Below, piece by piece: positions 36,468 to 46,172 of a stretch of 64,000 nt of DNA (its first letter is position 1; each line of letters opens with the position of its first letter). A model generated the notes under the pieces. That model saw only the letters and a program-made list of their open reading frames with translations, searched no databases and was not told the DNA's origin. The stretch covers positions 1 to 64,000 of IMG/VR virus record IMGVR_UViG_3300031251_000001; one strand, 5' to 3'. The position numbers were made by a program, and so were the translations under genes.

Positions 36468-38351
36468 ATGGCTACTGTGCCCACCACCGCTAACGGTGAA
36501 GTCCCCGCACCCTACGCGGCGGCGGAGCGGGAGGCACGAACCTCTAAACACATTCTAAACCTTCTGAACAACTACCGGGACGATCCCAAGAAGATGGTGT
36601 CGGTCGAACCGCTCCTTCCGTTGATGATCAAGCTGGAAGGCAAGCCGATGACGCTGCGGGATCACTTCCCCTTCGAGCCCTTCTTTCGCACCCGCCTGGC
36701 CGACGTCATCCAGTTCAAGACGGGACGACAGGCTGGCAAGTCGGCATCGTTGTCAGCTCGCACGATCGCGATGACCAACACGATTGACAACTTCTCCACG
36801 CTGGTGGTCACGCCGCTCTTCGAGCAGGCCCGACGACTCTCGACCATGTACTTCCGTCCGATGCTGGAGAACTCGCCGGTGCGGTCGCTGTTTGCTGACA
36901 GCGTCAACGCCTTGAAGAACGTCATGCACCGTATCTTCCGCAACGGAAGCCAGGTGATCTTCTCGTACGCCTACCTGAGTGCGGATCGTAACCGTGGTAT
37001 CTTCGCGGATCAGTTGGTGATCGATGAGCTCCAGGACATGCGACACGAGAACATCTCGGTGCTCATGGAGTGCTTGTCAGCTCGTAAGTGGAAGCTGCGT
37101 ATTGAAACCGGCACACCCAAGAGCATGGCCAATACGGTTCAAAAAGAATGGAACCATTCCAGCCAAGCCGAGTGGGTGATCAAGTGCCGCACCGCCGGCT
37201 GCAACTATTGGAACGTCGCGTCGCTGCATGAGGACTTGCTCGACATGGTCGGCGGCAGGCCACGCGATGACATCGGGCCGGGGAAGCCGGCCACGAGCTG
37301 TGCCAAGTGCGGCAAGATGATTGACCCCCGCTGGGGACACTGGCACCACTTCAACAAGAAGCTGCGCTGGGAACACGCCGGCTACCACGTCCCGCAGATC
37401 CTCCTGCCTATCCACTCCGAGAACAAGAAGGCCTGGGGCATGCTCCTGGCCAAGATGGGCGGAGCATACGGTTACGACTTCAACAAGTTCCTCAACGAAG
37501 TCATGGGCGAGTCGACCGATGACGGCATGCAGGTCATCTCCGAATCGGATCTCAAGCGAGCAGCGTGCCTGCCCTGGAAGAATGTGTTCGAGGAAGCGGT
37601 TAAGCACACAGGCGATTATGCGGTCCGGTACATGTCGGTGGATTGGGGCGGCTATGGCGTGAAGATGACGTCGTTCACTGTCATCACGATCATGGCCCCC
37701 AACGAGCGGGGTGGCATGGACATCCTCTTCTCGCACCGCGTCAATCGCATCAACGATTTCCCGTACGAGGCCAAACTGATCGCTCAGTTCTTCAAGGCGT
37801 TCCGCTGTGCCCTGCTCATCAACGATATGAACACCATCGGTATGGTCCGTGAGTCCATGCTGCGTCAGGTCGGCATGCCGGCGTCTCGCATCCTGGGTTC
37901 GATGAACACCGGCGTCCAGACTCGTGAGATCTGTCACTTCCACCAGCCGACGACCACCTACCCGTACACGTACATGTCACTGCACAAGACACGAAGCCTG
38001 GCCGTCACTTGCGACGCACTGCGGTCGTGCGCCATCCGGACGTTCCAATTCGATTACGAGAGTGAAGAGCGACCAGGCGTGCTCAAGGATTTTGAGGCGT
38101 TGATCGAAGAGCGAATTGAGCGACCTTCGGTGGGTCAGGTCTACACCATCATCCGTGATCCCGACAAGCCGGACGATTTCGCCCACACGGTGAACATGGG
38201 AGCGTGGTACCACTGGCGATCAACCAACCGCATGCCCGATTTGGCGGCGGCTGCTCGACTGACTCTCCCGGCTGATATTCTGAAACACATCGAACCGGAG
38301 TTCACGGACATCGAGTGGGATGAGATCAACGACAGCAGGCACTTCGGTTAA
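36468..38351 (+). CDS. terL: terminase large subunit (GpA-like)
   Basis: KTGRQAGKS Walker A, IDELQD Walker B, GTPK, zinc-binding Cys cluster, nuclease SVDWGG and PDDFAH; frame is open from 36378. Confidence 0.88.
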   Translation: MATVPTTANGEVPAPYAAAEREARTSKHILNLLNNYRDDPKKMVSVEPLLPLMIKLEGKPMTLRDHFPFEPFFRTRLADVIQFKTGRQAGKSASLSARTIAMTNTIDNFSTLVVTPLFEQARRLSTMYFRPMLENSPVRSLFADSVNALKNVMHRIFRNGSQVIFSYAYLSADRNRGIFADQLVIDELQDMRHENISVLMECLSARKWKLRIETGTPKSMANTVQKEWNHSSQAEWVIKCRTAGCNYWNVASLHEDLLDMVGGRPRDDIGPGKPATSCAKCGKMIDPRWGHWHHFNKKLRWEHAGYHVPQILLPIHSENKKAWGMLLAKMGGAYGYDFNKFLNEVMGESTDDGMQVISESDLKRAACLPWKNVFEEAVKHTGDYAVRYMSVDWGGYGVKMTSFTVITIMAPNERGGMDILFSHRVNRINDFPYEAKLIAQFFKAFRCALLINDMNTIGMVRESMLRQVGMPASRILGSMNTGVQTREICHFHQPTTTYPYTYMSLHKTRSLAVTCDALRSCAIRTFQFDYESEERPGVLKDFEALIEERIERPSVGQVYTIIRDPDKPDDFAHTVNMGAWYHWRSTNRMPDLAAAARLTLPADILKHIEPEFTDIEWDEINDSRHFG

Positions 38352-38533
38352 TCTTTGTTCTTGTGGTCGGGGCAGAAATAGATGAACTTTTGACCCGTCC
38401 ACTTCAGGCTCCAGCCCCTGGGGACGTCACCGTCCACTCGACCTTCGACGCATGTTTTGTCGCAATGCTCACACTTCAATTTCACTCGTTCGATGGAGCT
38501 TGGCGGTTGGTAGGTCGATCGCGGCTTGGACAT
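38348..38533 (-). CDS. small zinc-finger protein
   Basis: 61 aa; CEHC ... P.GW ... FCPDH. Confidence 0.55.
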   Translation of the reverse strand: MSKPRSTYQPPSSIERVKLKCEHCDKTCVEGRVDGDVPRGWSLKWTGQKFIYFCPDHKNKD

Positions 38534-38569
38534 GTTGTTCTCCCTCTGGTTAAGCTGATAGCTTAATTA

Positions 38570-40345
38570 TTATTCCTCTACCTCAGATCGCACAGGATCG
38601 CGAGCCTCAGAGTCACCACCCAGACCCTCGCAGATGGTGGAGATCGTGGCAGGCGGGGGCAGGGGTGCGATCCACTGGCCTAAATTGTCCCTCTTCTTGA
38701 TCGGCGTAGGGTCGAATACAGGCATGTCGGATTCTGCCATTGTGGCAGGCCGATGGAAGAGGGTAGCGATCTCGAACAGCTCAGCCTTCAGCTTGCTGGA
38801 ATACTCGATGTTGATCTGGTACAGAGCGGCCAGGTTTCGGAGCCACAACCAACACTCTCCCTCGACCTCCTTGGCCGGCCCCTCGAAGGGGTAGGTCACG
38901 TCGCCGTGCACCAGGTGACCACGGTACCAAGCCTGGCCGCCACGGGTGAATAAAGCCGTGAAGCGAAGGTCAGCGTTGAGCACCGACCAGACGTCATTGG
39001 TCTGCTGCACGAACCATCCGGTGCGAGTCCGCAAAATACGTATTTTGCGATTGGCCAGGTAGACCGCCTGGGTGTTGTTTTGTTTCTCCTGCCGATCAAG
39101 GCAGCGACTCCACTTACCCTGCGACGGACTCTTGAGCTGCGAGGTGATGAGTTGCGGGTCGAAGTGGTTCAGACGCATGTGTCGGATCATCGCCGTGATC
39201 TCATCCGGAGCAGCGTTGGTGATCCACTTGTTCATCGCCGTCTGCCAGGTGCGCGTGCGGTGCGACAACCACTCAATGAGTTCCAGCGGCTCACGCTGCC
39301 GGACATAGGTCGAGAGGGTTTCGTAGTCTGTGCCGGAGTAACCCTTGGCACAGATGTGACCATCGGTCATCGCCGCCATGCAGACCATGTACCAGGTGAG
39401 CTTCGGTCCCCAGAACACGATCTTCTTGCCGCTGAGACTCTGCCAGGCTAAGGTAGTGCGTGCCTGATCATCCCAGTGCCAGCCCACCATAGGCACGAGT
39501 GCTTCGGAGTAGCGATGTTGAATCTTGCTGATGCGCGGAGCGATGAGGGGCTCATAGACAGCATAAACCGTACCCTCGCCGGACTTGATGCACTCCTCCA
39601 ACCCTGTCAAACCCCCTTCGGGGCGATCTTTGTCGCAGGGAACGTAATCCCGTACAACCCGGTCCTTATGCTTCGTGACCAGGTGAATGCCCGCCAGTTT
39701 GGTGAGCGACGACCAACTGGGGACCACTACGTAATACTTCGACTTGGGAATACGTAGCGGACGGTGGAGCAGCGGATAGAGCACAGCGGCAGAGACATAG
39801 CCATAGCGTTCACAGTGCTCATCCGCCGGCTTGTTGTAGTTCAAGTGGTGAATGATGCTGATCACTTCCTTGGGCATCTGCTCGGAGCGAAGGATCTTCT
39901 CGGCGCCGTGCCAGATCTCTTCCACGGTGTTGGGCTTGCTCTTGCCGATCGGTGAACCAGAGGGGAAGTGGGAGGCGAGTCGTTGCCTGGCTTCGTCACG
40001 GGAGCACTTCCAGCTGGCGGACGCCAGATCCACGACACTGCCGCTGAAATCACAGGATCGACATTCGACGGTGACGACGGACGTGGTACACTCACAGATA
40101 AGCAGGTCGAGCGTCTTGCAACGCGGGCACCAGATGGTTGCCGGCAAACAGGCGTCAGGCAATTCAAGCCCAATGGCTTTGGCGATGACAGACCAAGCCG
40201 ATCCCGACTTATAACTTTGGAGCGATCCCATGACGTTAGTTGACATTGCTAGTGACGTGTCCTTGTCCATGACGAAGCAGGTGCGAGATAAGTACGGCCT
40301 GCCTGGGTTCGTTAAAGGTGCAACTGATGATGATCTGCGGCACAC
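38570..40345 (-). CDS. hypothetical protein with N-terminal primase-type zinc finger
   Basis: CPRC...CRSCDFSGSVVDL resembles a CHC2-like zinc-binding domain; no intact TOPRIM motif; true start probably near 40270 or 40246. Confidence 0.6.
   Translation of the reverse strand: MCRRSSSVAPLTNPGRPYLSRTCFVMDKDTSLAMSTNVMGSLQSYKSGSAWSVIAKAIGLELPDACLPATIWCPRCKTLDLLICECTTSVVTVECRSCDFSGSVVDLASASWKCSRDEARQRLASHFPSGSPIGKSKPNTVEEIWHGAEKILRSEQMPKEVISIIHHLNYNKPADEHCERYGYVSAAVLYPLLHRPLRIPKSKYYVVVPSWSSLTKLAGIHLVTKHKDRVVRDYVPCDKDRPEGGLTGLEECIKSGEGTVYAVYEPLIAPRISKIQHRYSEALVPMVGWHWDDQARTTLAWQSLSGKKIVFWGPKLTWYMVCMAAMTDGHICAKGYSGTDYETLSTYVRQREPLELIEWLSHRTRTWQTAMNKWITNAAPDEITAMIRHMRLNHFDPQLITSQLKSPSQGKWSRCLDRQEKQNNTQAVYLANRKIRILRTRTGWFVQQTNDVWSVLNADLRFTALFTRGGQAWYRGHLVHGDVTYPFEGPAKEVEGECWLWLRNLAALYQINIEYSSKLKAELFEIATLFHRPATMAESDMPVFDPTPIKKRDNLGQWIAPLPPPATISTICEGLGGDSEARDPVRSEVEE
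39032..39047. promoter_or_regulatory. 16-bp palindrome CAAAATACGTATTTTG, copy 7 (intragenic)
   Basis: Exact (extends to 20 bp); encodes KIRIL within 38570..40345. Confidence 0.7.
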
Positions 40346-41408
40346 CGACAGCAGTCTTGCTCACGACGTGTTCGCTTGCCCGAAGCTCAGGAAGTTCGCC
40401 AACATCAGTGGACCGGCTACCTGGCTCAATTATGCCATGTTCCGGGAACAAGAGAATAACTTCAAAGAGGCAGACAGGCTAGTCATCAAGTCCAACTTCC
40501 TCAAACATGCCGACTTCTGGGGCGTACGAAAGTACCTCCTGATGGTGGATGACAAGGTCAATATCGACCGCCGCGAGCCGATGACCAAAACGGCTTCCGC
40601 TGGTGATTATGCTTTCTCGGTGACAGACGCCGCCGGCATCACGCATCATCGCTGTTACGTAGGCGACGTGCCCAGCCTGCTCAAGTCGGCTGCCTGGTTG
40701 CACACCCACGGCCGGGATCTGGTGTTCGCTGAACGACAGAAGATTGCTCAGTGCATCCTCGACCGGGCCGATCAATACGAGATCTCGTTCGACCCTGACA
40801 TGGAAGAGCACCTGCACAAGACCGCAGGCCTCGGCGTCTCGACGCGAGCCAGCGTCGCCAAGGCCTTGACAGCTCGGGCCGTGCTGTCGGAGGGGATAGC
40901 CAAAGACGCACTCTACAAGTTCGCGGAAGATTGCAAAAACGGGGAGAATGATTTCACCGACAACGCCACCGCCCTCGACGTGGTGAGGAGACTGGACGCT
41001 TTTGATCAGATGCCCGGCTGGAGAAATAAGTACGCCAGCGGCCTTCCCCTTCCCGAGGAGATCCTTGATGTCACCCACCGCAAGGTGGCTGAACTCAAGA
41101 ACCACATCGTGGAGACGGCCACTGGTCGTATCTACTCCAAGGATCAGTTCGCCGGCCTCAACATGGAGCTCCTGGCTGACCATGTCGGACTGGAGTTCGC
41201 CAAGCGGGCCTCGATCGATGAGTCCATCGATCCTGACATGATTTGTGCCATGCTCAAGACGGCTAATCATGACACCGCTCAGGCCTTCGACCGTTTCATG
41301 CAACAACGCGGAGTGAAACCCGTTTCCTCGCCGACGATCCTGGTTCGGCTCGAACCAGAGGCGGGAGCGTGGGGTAAACTCGCCGAGTCTTACTCCCTTT
41401 CCAACTGA
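40230..41408 (+). CDS. putative head-associated protein with recurrent K-x-A motifs
   Basis: 392 aa; KGA, KHA, KTA (x3), KSA, KIA, KFA, KYA, KVA, KRA, KLA; GGAG SD. Confidence 0.55.
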   Translation: MTLVDIASDVSLSMTKQVRDKYGLPGFVKGATDDDLRHTDSSLAHDVFACPKLRKFANISGPATWLNYAMFREQENNFKEADRLVIKSNFLKHADFWGVRKYLLMVDDKVNIDRREPMTKTASAGDYAFSVTDAAGITHHRCYVGDVPSLLKSAAWLHTHGRDLVFAERQKIAQCILDRADQYEISFDPDMEEHLHKTAGLGVSTRASVAKALTARAVLSEGIAKDALYKFAEDCKNGENDFTDNATALDVVRRLDAFDQMPGWRNKYASGLPLPEEILDVTHRKVAELKNHIVETATGRIYSKDQFAGLNMELLADHVGLEFAKRASIDESIDPDMICAMLKTANHDTAQAFDRFMQQRGVKPVSSPTILVRLEPEAGAWGKLAESYSLSN

Positions 41409-42078
41409 CGTCCGTGCGACGAGAGAAACAGTAGCGGCAACGGGAGCAGGTCATCTTGTGTCCTGTCCCTTGCTCAGCCGGACAAACCAGTGAAGCACGA
41501 CCGGGAGTCTCCCAGAACTTGGCGAGGCTCCCTTGCTTTTCCCTGAACACCAACTCGGCCGCATACCCCGGAACATCACGGTCATCGACTGCCAGGTAGG
41601 CTACCCCGGCAAAAGGCAATCCACGCATGGGTGGTTCTCCGGTGTCACGATCGGCGGAGAGCCACAGGTAGACGTTGGGCAGTGCTGCCAGGTCAAAGAG
41701 AGCACCGAGGATGTTGGCTTCCCGCCAGGAGCGGGTGTAGATCAGGAACTTGGTCTGTGGCACGCGCAGGGCGATCTCGATGACCTTGCGGACATAGATC
41801 GCACTGTAGAAGTCACCGGAGACGTGCCACCTGACCATACGGTACCGCTGCAGGCGGATGGTCATCACCACATCATTAACGAACTCAGCCGTATGCGTGC
41901 TGGCTTCGTTTTCGGTCAGGGCCTGCTTGACGCTGGGCATGTGGAAGTAGCCCTGGGCAGCGTAGCAGATTTTATCGCACGTCGGCGAACGACCCGGACA
42001 GGTGGACCGGGCCGGGATCGAGAACGTGGCGATGTCGTTGCCGAGCTTGATATTGCCCGTGCGGAGAAGTGAAGTCAT
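41296..42078 (-). CDS. Gp88-like (radical-SAM-related) phage protein
   Basis: GN.KL....FSIPA..TCPG....C...CYA, RWHVSGDF, YTRS, LWLSAD, CP......TC..C.YC. Confidence 0.75.
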   Translation of the reverse strand: MTSLLRTGNIKLGNDIATFSIPARSTCPGRSPTCDKICYAAQGYFHMPSVKQALTENEASTHTAEFVNDVVMTIRLQRYRMVRWHVSGDFYSAIYVRKVIEIALRVPQTKFLIYTRSWREANILGALFDLAALPNVYLWLSADRDTGEPPMRGLPFAGVAYLAVDDRDVPGYAAELVFREKQGSLAKFWETPGRASLVCPAEQGTGHKMTCSRCRYCFSRRTDVSWKGSKTRRVYPTLPPLVRAEPGSSARKRVSLRVVA

Positions 42079-42314
42079 TTCGTCTTCTTTCCGGGAAACA
42101 GGGGGTGAACCTCTTCGAGCTGAACCGGCGGCACAGCGATCTCCAGCGGTTCGTTGGTGCGGGTGATCTTGCGGACCGCACCTTCGCCACGCAAGAGTTT
42201 CTTTCTGGCCTCGTCGGAAGAGCGTGCGGTGATGTCCACTACGCTCTGGACACGGTAGACCTGAACAGTGTCAGCTCGATACAGCTTCAGGCTGGGGCGT
42301 TTCTTCTTGGCCAC
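42075..42314 (-). CDS. small hypothetical protein
   Basis: GTG start after an AGGAG SD (MAKKKRPSLK...); V.ITA.S.DEA motif. Confidence 0.5.
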   Translation of the reverse strand: MAKKKRPSLKLYRADTVQVYRVQSVVDITARSSDEARKKLLRGEGAVRKITRTNEPLEIAVPPVQLEEVHPLFPGKKTK

Positions 42315-43167
42315 GAGTAGGCTCCTGGTAGGGATAAAGGAGGCTGTCAAAAACGGTGACAGCGTGACTAACAAAAGAAGCAGTTTGCAACTCGTAGGGG
42401 CCTGGTGCGGCAGCACCATGCAGGCTTTTGATCCGGTCACAGTAGACCATCCAGCAGAAAGCGACGGACTGCAGCAAACGGGCAAGTCGAGGAGGGTGTA
42501 GGCCTGCCGTGTGGAACTTCATGCTGCTACTGTTCAGGATGAGCATGAGGGATCGGGTCTCTCGGCGTTGCTCGATCGCGGCATAGGTCCAGTGCTCCAA
42601 CCCGAGCGAGGTGGCAAACTCGTTGAGTGCTGCGGCACGGATCAACTCAGGAATGTCCAGATCCTCTGACCCGGTCACCATCTTGTTGACCGCCTCGTTA
42701 GCCATGTGACTCATGTGCTGCAGATCGTCGATGCCGTAGAGCATGGACGGAAACAGGCTCGTCCCGGTCTGGGCGATCCAAACCAGGTTGTAGCGTGGGT
42801 CGTTACGGAGGTTATGTGATCCTTGCAAGGTGAAGTGGACGTCACGCGCAGCACAGCGAGCAGCATCCACGACTTTGAACTCGTCAATGTCCTCGCCCCG
42901 TTTGCAGAGGATGCGGGCACTGCTGGTAATGTCGGTGCTGAGCGTGGAAGGACCTTGTTGGACGTTTTCGATAAACCGGCAGGCAAGATGGATCTGTTGC
43001 TCATGGTTGCCGCTCTCGTAGACCACGAAGAGCAGACGGCTGCCATGCACCACAGCCATGCCATCCTTGATCAGCAAACGGAAGCGAACACGCAAAACCT
43101 CCAGGGCCTTGTCGATCTTCTGCTTCACGTAATCGGCGGTGTCTGCAGATAGTTCTTCAGTAGCCAT
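42271..43167 (-). CDS. hypothetical protein
   Basis: 298-aa ORF in the operon. Confidence 0.65.
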   Translation of the reverse strand: MATEELSADTADYVKQKIDKALEVLRVRFRLLIKDGMAVVHGSRLLFVVYESGNHEQQIHLACRFIENVQQGPSTLSTDITSSARILCKRGEDIDEFKVVDAARCAARDVHFTLQGSHNLRNDPRYNLVWIAQTGTSLFPSMLYGIDDLQHMSHMANEAVNKMVTGSEDLDIPELIRAAALNEFATSLGLEHWTYAAIEQRRETRSLMLILNSSSMKFHTAGLHPPRLARLLQSVAFCWMVYCDRIKSLHGAAAPGPYELQTASFVSHAVTVFDSLLYPYQEPTRGQEETPQPEAVSS

Positions 43168-43433
43168 TGTTCTTCTTGCTCCCTAGCGAGTTGATAGGTG
43201 GGTTGCGGCGGGTAGAGACTGATCCGATAGCGATCGTTCCCTTCGGCATCGGCCAGCGGGGACAGGTCGGCATAGTACCAGCCGTGGTACCGTGAGCTGT
43301 GGTCGTTGATAGGTAAAAGATGGGATGCCCGAAAGACGTCAGCTTCGGGCAAGACGTCGCGGATCGGCAGCTGGGGGCTGTCGATCGCGCGAATCACCCC
43401 GTTCGGGCAGAAGCTGATGGTGACCCGGTCCAT
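43125..43433 (-). CDS. small conserved-type protein (RASH..P...W.ADLSP motif)
   Basis: Motif resembles small proteins that accompany DUF1257/DUF2997 genes in Planctomycetota. Confidence 0.6.
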   Translation of the reverse strand: MDRVTISFCPNGVIRAIDSPQLPIRDVLPEADVFRASHLLPINDHSSRYHGWYYADLSPLADAEGNDRYRISLYPPQPTYQLAREQEEQWLLKNYLQTPPIT

Positions 43434-44107
43434 AGGTCTCCTAATTGTTGTGGTTGCTTCTCGAATCCGCGGCCAACAAGGTCAATGGATCCAGAGCGTC
43501 TCATGGTTAAGTCGATAGACTGCTTCTCGCTGAGCCGGACGGTGAAGCAAGGTTGCCCTGGATCGGTGGCAACCAGCTTAGCGACCTCAAAGCCACGCGC
43601 TTTTATCTCCAGCAGGGTGCGTCCGGTGACCTTGGCTTGAATCAGCCGCTCGAAGGTGGCGTCGGGTAGCTGGTCGTCGTCAATGTGGCCCCTGGTCTTA
43701 TCGAACAGGTCCTTGCTCATCAACATGCGTGCGAGACCGCGACCCGTGTTGTAGAGGTTGCATACCGGCAAGAGCTTGCCCTCCGGACCACGCACCAGTC
43801 CGACTTGAAACATGTTCTTATCGATGCGGTTCCGGATCACGTACTCGGCATTGAAGCCGGGAGCACAGGTGGGTTTACGAAACACAGCATTCATACGAGA
43901 CTGGATCTCGCTGGGTGACATGTTTTGATTGTCGTAGTCGCGATAGAAGGCATTGTTGCCGTTGCTTCGTGCTCCATACTCGGCCGCGATCTCTGCGCAA
44001 TCCAGTAGCTCTAAGCCGTAATGCGGGCAGCCGCTGCGCAGGCCCTGCACGTCCTGGATGACGTCGATCACTTTGGATTTTTGTTGAACCGTGGCACCGA
44101 GTGACAT
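43394..44107 (-). CDS. DUF1257-like hypothetical protein
   Basis: N-terminal I.D...L...C...GL and downstream VGL ... ARG pattern; AGGAG SD. Confidence 0.45.
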   Translation of the reverse strand: MSLGATVQQKSKVIDVIQDVQGLRSGCPHYGLELLDCAEIAAEYGARSNGNNAFYRDYDNQNMSPSEIQSRMNAVFRKPTCAPGFNAEYVIRNRIDKNMFQVGLVRGPEGKLLPVCNLYNTGRGLARMLMSKDLFDKTRGHIDDDQLPDATFERLIQAKVTGRTLLEIKARGFEVAKLVATDPGQPCFTVRLSEKQSIDLTMRRSGSIDLVGRGFEKQPQQLGDLWTGSPSASARTG

Positions 44108-44122
44108 GGTTTGCTCCTGGGT

Positions 44123-44156
44123 AAAAAGAAAACACCAGGCTGGGGAGCCTGGTGTT
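44123..44156 (-). terminator. intrinsic terminator
   Basis: Minus strand AACACCAGGCT-CCCC-AGCCTGGTGTT followed by TTCTTTTT, after the acidic ORF. Confidence 0.8.
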
Positions 44157-44178
44157 GTTGTAGTCCGCGTGACGCTAG

Positions 44179-44550
44179 TTAATCATCGTCATCGTCGTCG
44201 AAGTCATCCTCGTCGTCGAGGTCTTCATCATCAATGTCCTCGTCATCGAAGTCATCGTCGAGGTCGTCCTCGTCGTCCTCGTCATCCTCATCGTCGAAGT
44301 CATCTTCTTCGTCGAGGCCCTCGTCCTCGAAGTCCTCGTCGTCGAAATCATCGTCGTCGAGTTCATCGAGATCTTCGTCCTCGTCCTCATCCTCCTCATC
44401 GTCGAGATCTTCGTCCTCGTCTTCATCGTCGGGCACGGTTTTACGACGGCCGGCCTGGATGGGCATCAGGATGGGTCCCCAGCCATCCACTTCGACGAGA
44501 ACGCTGGGTGTTGGTTTGAATAGTGATCTAACGGCTAGAGACAGGAGCAT
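44179..44550 (-). CDS. small protein with ~83-aa Asp/Glu-rich tail
   Basis: GAGG SD upstream, terminator downstream; tail of DEDED/DDDF/DEDL units. Confidence 0.65.
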   Translation of the reverse strand: MLLSLAVRSLFKPTPSVLVEVDGWGPILMPIQAGRRKTVPDDEDEDEDLDDEEDEDEDEDLDELDDDDFDDEDFEDEGLDEEDDFDDEDDEDDEDDLDDDFDDEDIDDEDLDDEDDFDDDDDD

Positions 44551-45283
44551 GTCCTATTCCTCGTTTAAGTGACGCAGCCAGCTTTTGGGTGTTGCCTGTT
44601 TTCATAGGGAGTGACTCCAGCTGGGAAAGGAGTCGATCGATTTCCTGGCGTAAATGATCATCCACTTCGGAGGCCTTGGCGTCATTGCTCTTGGCCATGC
44701 CGAGCGTGATGTCGGGGTCGCCCATATCCTGCACTGACTCTATCAGATCACCGGGGAGAACGAACTCAGTCAGGATGGAGGGCGGGCGGGAGAAGCCCTC
44801 CATTTTGAGTTGGTTCACCACGTAGGCGCGAACGATCTCGGAGGGGAAGGCGGGATCTTCCTCGTGATCGGGCCACAGCAGCGTGGCCTCCGCGACTCCC
44901 CAAGCGCACTCCATGACGTCGGCAGGGTCGAAGTCAGTGAAGTTAGCTTCGCTTCCGGAGAAGGCGTTGCAGCCACGGATGAAGGCGGAGATGTCGTTCC
45001 AGAAGGCATCGCTGGTCACGATGTCGATGGCCGTCATCAGCCGGTCAATGTTGCCGGCGGATGGTTCCACCTTGAAGACGCGTTCCAGCTCGGCACGGAG
45101 CGTGGCGGGTGACCAGGTCAGGCAGTCGAGGGCTTCGTCGGTTTCGCGTTGCGGGCCGAAGCGATCGACCACGATGGCAAGCATGGTGGTACCGAAGGTC
45201 TCGTCATCAACCAGGAGTCGTTCAATGACATCGTTGGCTTGAGGGAGACTACGGACGCCGGAGCCGGTGACTGCTGGTTGCAT
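44528..45283 (-). CDS. hypothetical phage protein (acidic; possibly virion-associated)
   Basis: Start MQPAVTG after an AAGGA SD; FDPAD..ECAWGV.E motif. Confidence 0.65.
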   Translation of the reverse strand: MQPAVTGSGVRSLPQANDVIERLLVDDETFGTTMLAIVVDRFGPQRETDEALDCLTWSPATLRAELERVFKVEPSAGNIDRLMTAIDIVTSDAFWNDISAFIRGCNAFSGSEANFTDFDPADVMECAWGVAEATLLWPDHEEDPAFPSEIVRAYVVNQLKMEGFSRPPSILTEFVLPGDLIESVQDMGDPDITLGMAKSNDAKASEVDDHLRQEIDRLLSQLESLPMKTGNTQKLAASLKRGIGHAPVSSR

Positions 45284-45305
45284 GGTTCCATCCTTGGGAC
45301 TGACT

Positions 45306-46172
45306 CTATCGTAGCTTAGGGAGCTCGTAGTTTGCCCAGAACGTCTCCAGCTTCTCTTCCTTCTCCCGTTTCTTGGAGGAGGCGTTAGGCCGGCCGATGC
45401 TGATGGACTTCCATTTGTAGAGCTTCTTGGCTTGCTGGTACTCAGGGCAGTCATAGCCACTGAGCAGGAACTTGGCGTGTTTAAGATTACCCAAAGCCTT
45501 GAGCATTTCAACGTGCTCAGGACCATTCATTTCCACGCGATAGACGTCGGGACTGACGCGAGTGTCGGGGAAGTAGGGCGGATCGATGTAGAACCACACA
45601 CCAGGCTTGTCCATCGACTTGATCAGTTTGGTGACGTGGAGTTTTCGGATCATCACGTGTCGTAATCGCACCGAAGCCTGGGGCAAACCCTCCACGGCGC
45701 CAAAGAGTGCCGAGGCCTGCTCCAGCATGCCGTTACGGAGGCGACAGAAGGAAGCTGGGGCAAAGCTGTCACCGCGACCGCTCATGGAGAGACGCATCGC
45801 CAGGAAGTAGTGGTAGGCAGCTGCGGTCTTATCGAGGATTTCGAGTCGGTTCGATTCAACGGTATTGTGCGAAGCTCTCCATTGTTCCTCGCTGAAGGGG
45901 GTAGCACGGAGCATCCGGATTAACTTGTCGGAGAGCTTGGGGTTAGCCAGCACCTCATAGAAGTTGGTGATCCAGCCGTCGAGATCGTTGATGATCTCGC
46001 CAACCTTGCCGTTGTCCTCGATCCAGTCCCAACCCTCGGCCCAGCCACCGACACAAGCGAAGACGCGGATGCGGTGTGGGGCGGCAAGTTGCTTGATGAT
46101 GTTCTTCAGATAGAACTTACCACCATGCACTTTCAGAGGTTTAGCTTGTTTTGGAGTTCGCAAGGGTTTCAT
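45306..46172 (-). CDS. DNA adenine methyltransferase (Dam/D12 class)
   Basis: PLK.HGGK, INDLD...NFY, FYIDPPY catalytic motif IV, LSGYD. Confidence 0.88.
   Translation of the reverse strand: MKPLRTPKQAKPLKVHGGKFYLKNIIKQLAAPHRIRVFACVGGWAEGWDWIEDNGKVGEIINDLDGWITNFYEVLANPKLSDKLIRMLRATPFSEEQWRASHNTVESNRLEILDKTAAAYHYFLAMRLSMSGRGDSFAPASFCRLRNGMLEQASALFGAVEGLPQASVRLRHVMIRKLHVTKLIKSMDKPGVWFYIDPPYFPDTRVSPDVYRVEMNGPEHVEMLKALGNLKHAKFLLSGYDCPEYQQAKKLYKWKSISIGRPNASSKKREKEEKLETFWANYELPKLR

Noticed and set aside
38570-40345. Second functional DNA primase
   Set aside because: A zinc finger is present, but no intact TOPRIM EG..D/DxD motif was found.
44091-44572. Plus-strand Arg/His-rich and poly-Ser ORFs
   Set aside because: Shadow frames of the Asp/Glu repeat; the minus-strand acidic ORF has the SD and terminator.
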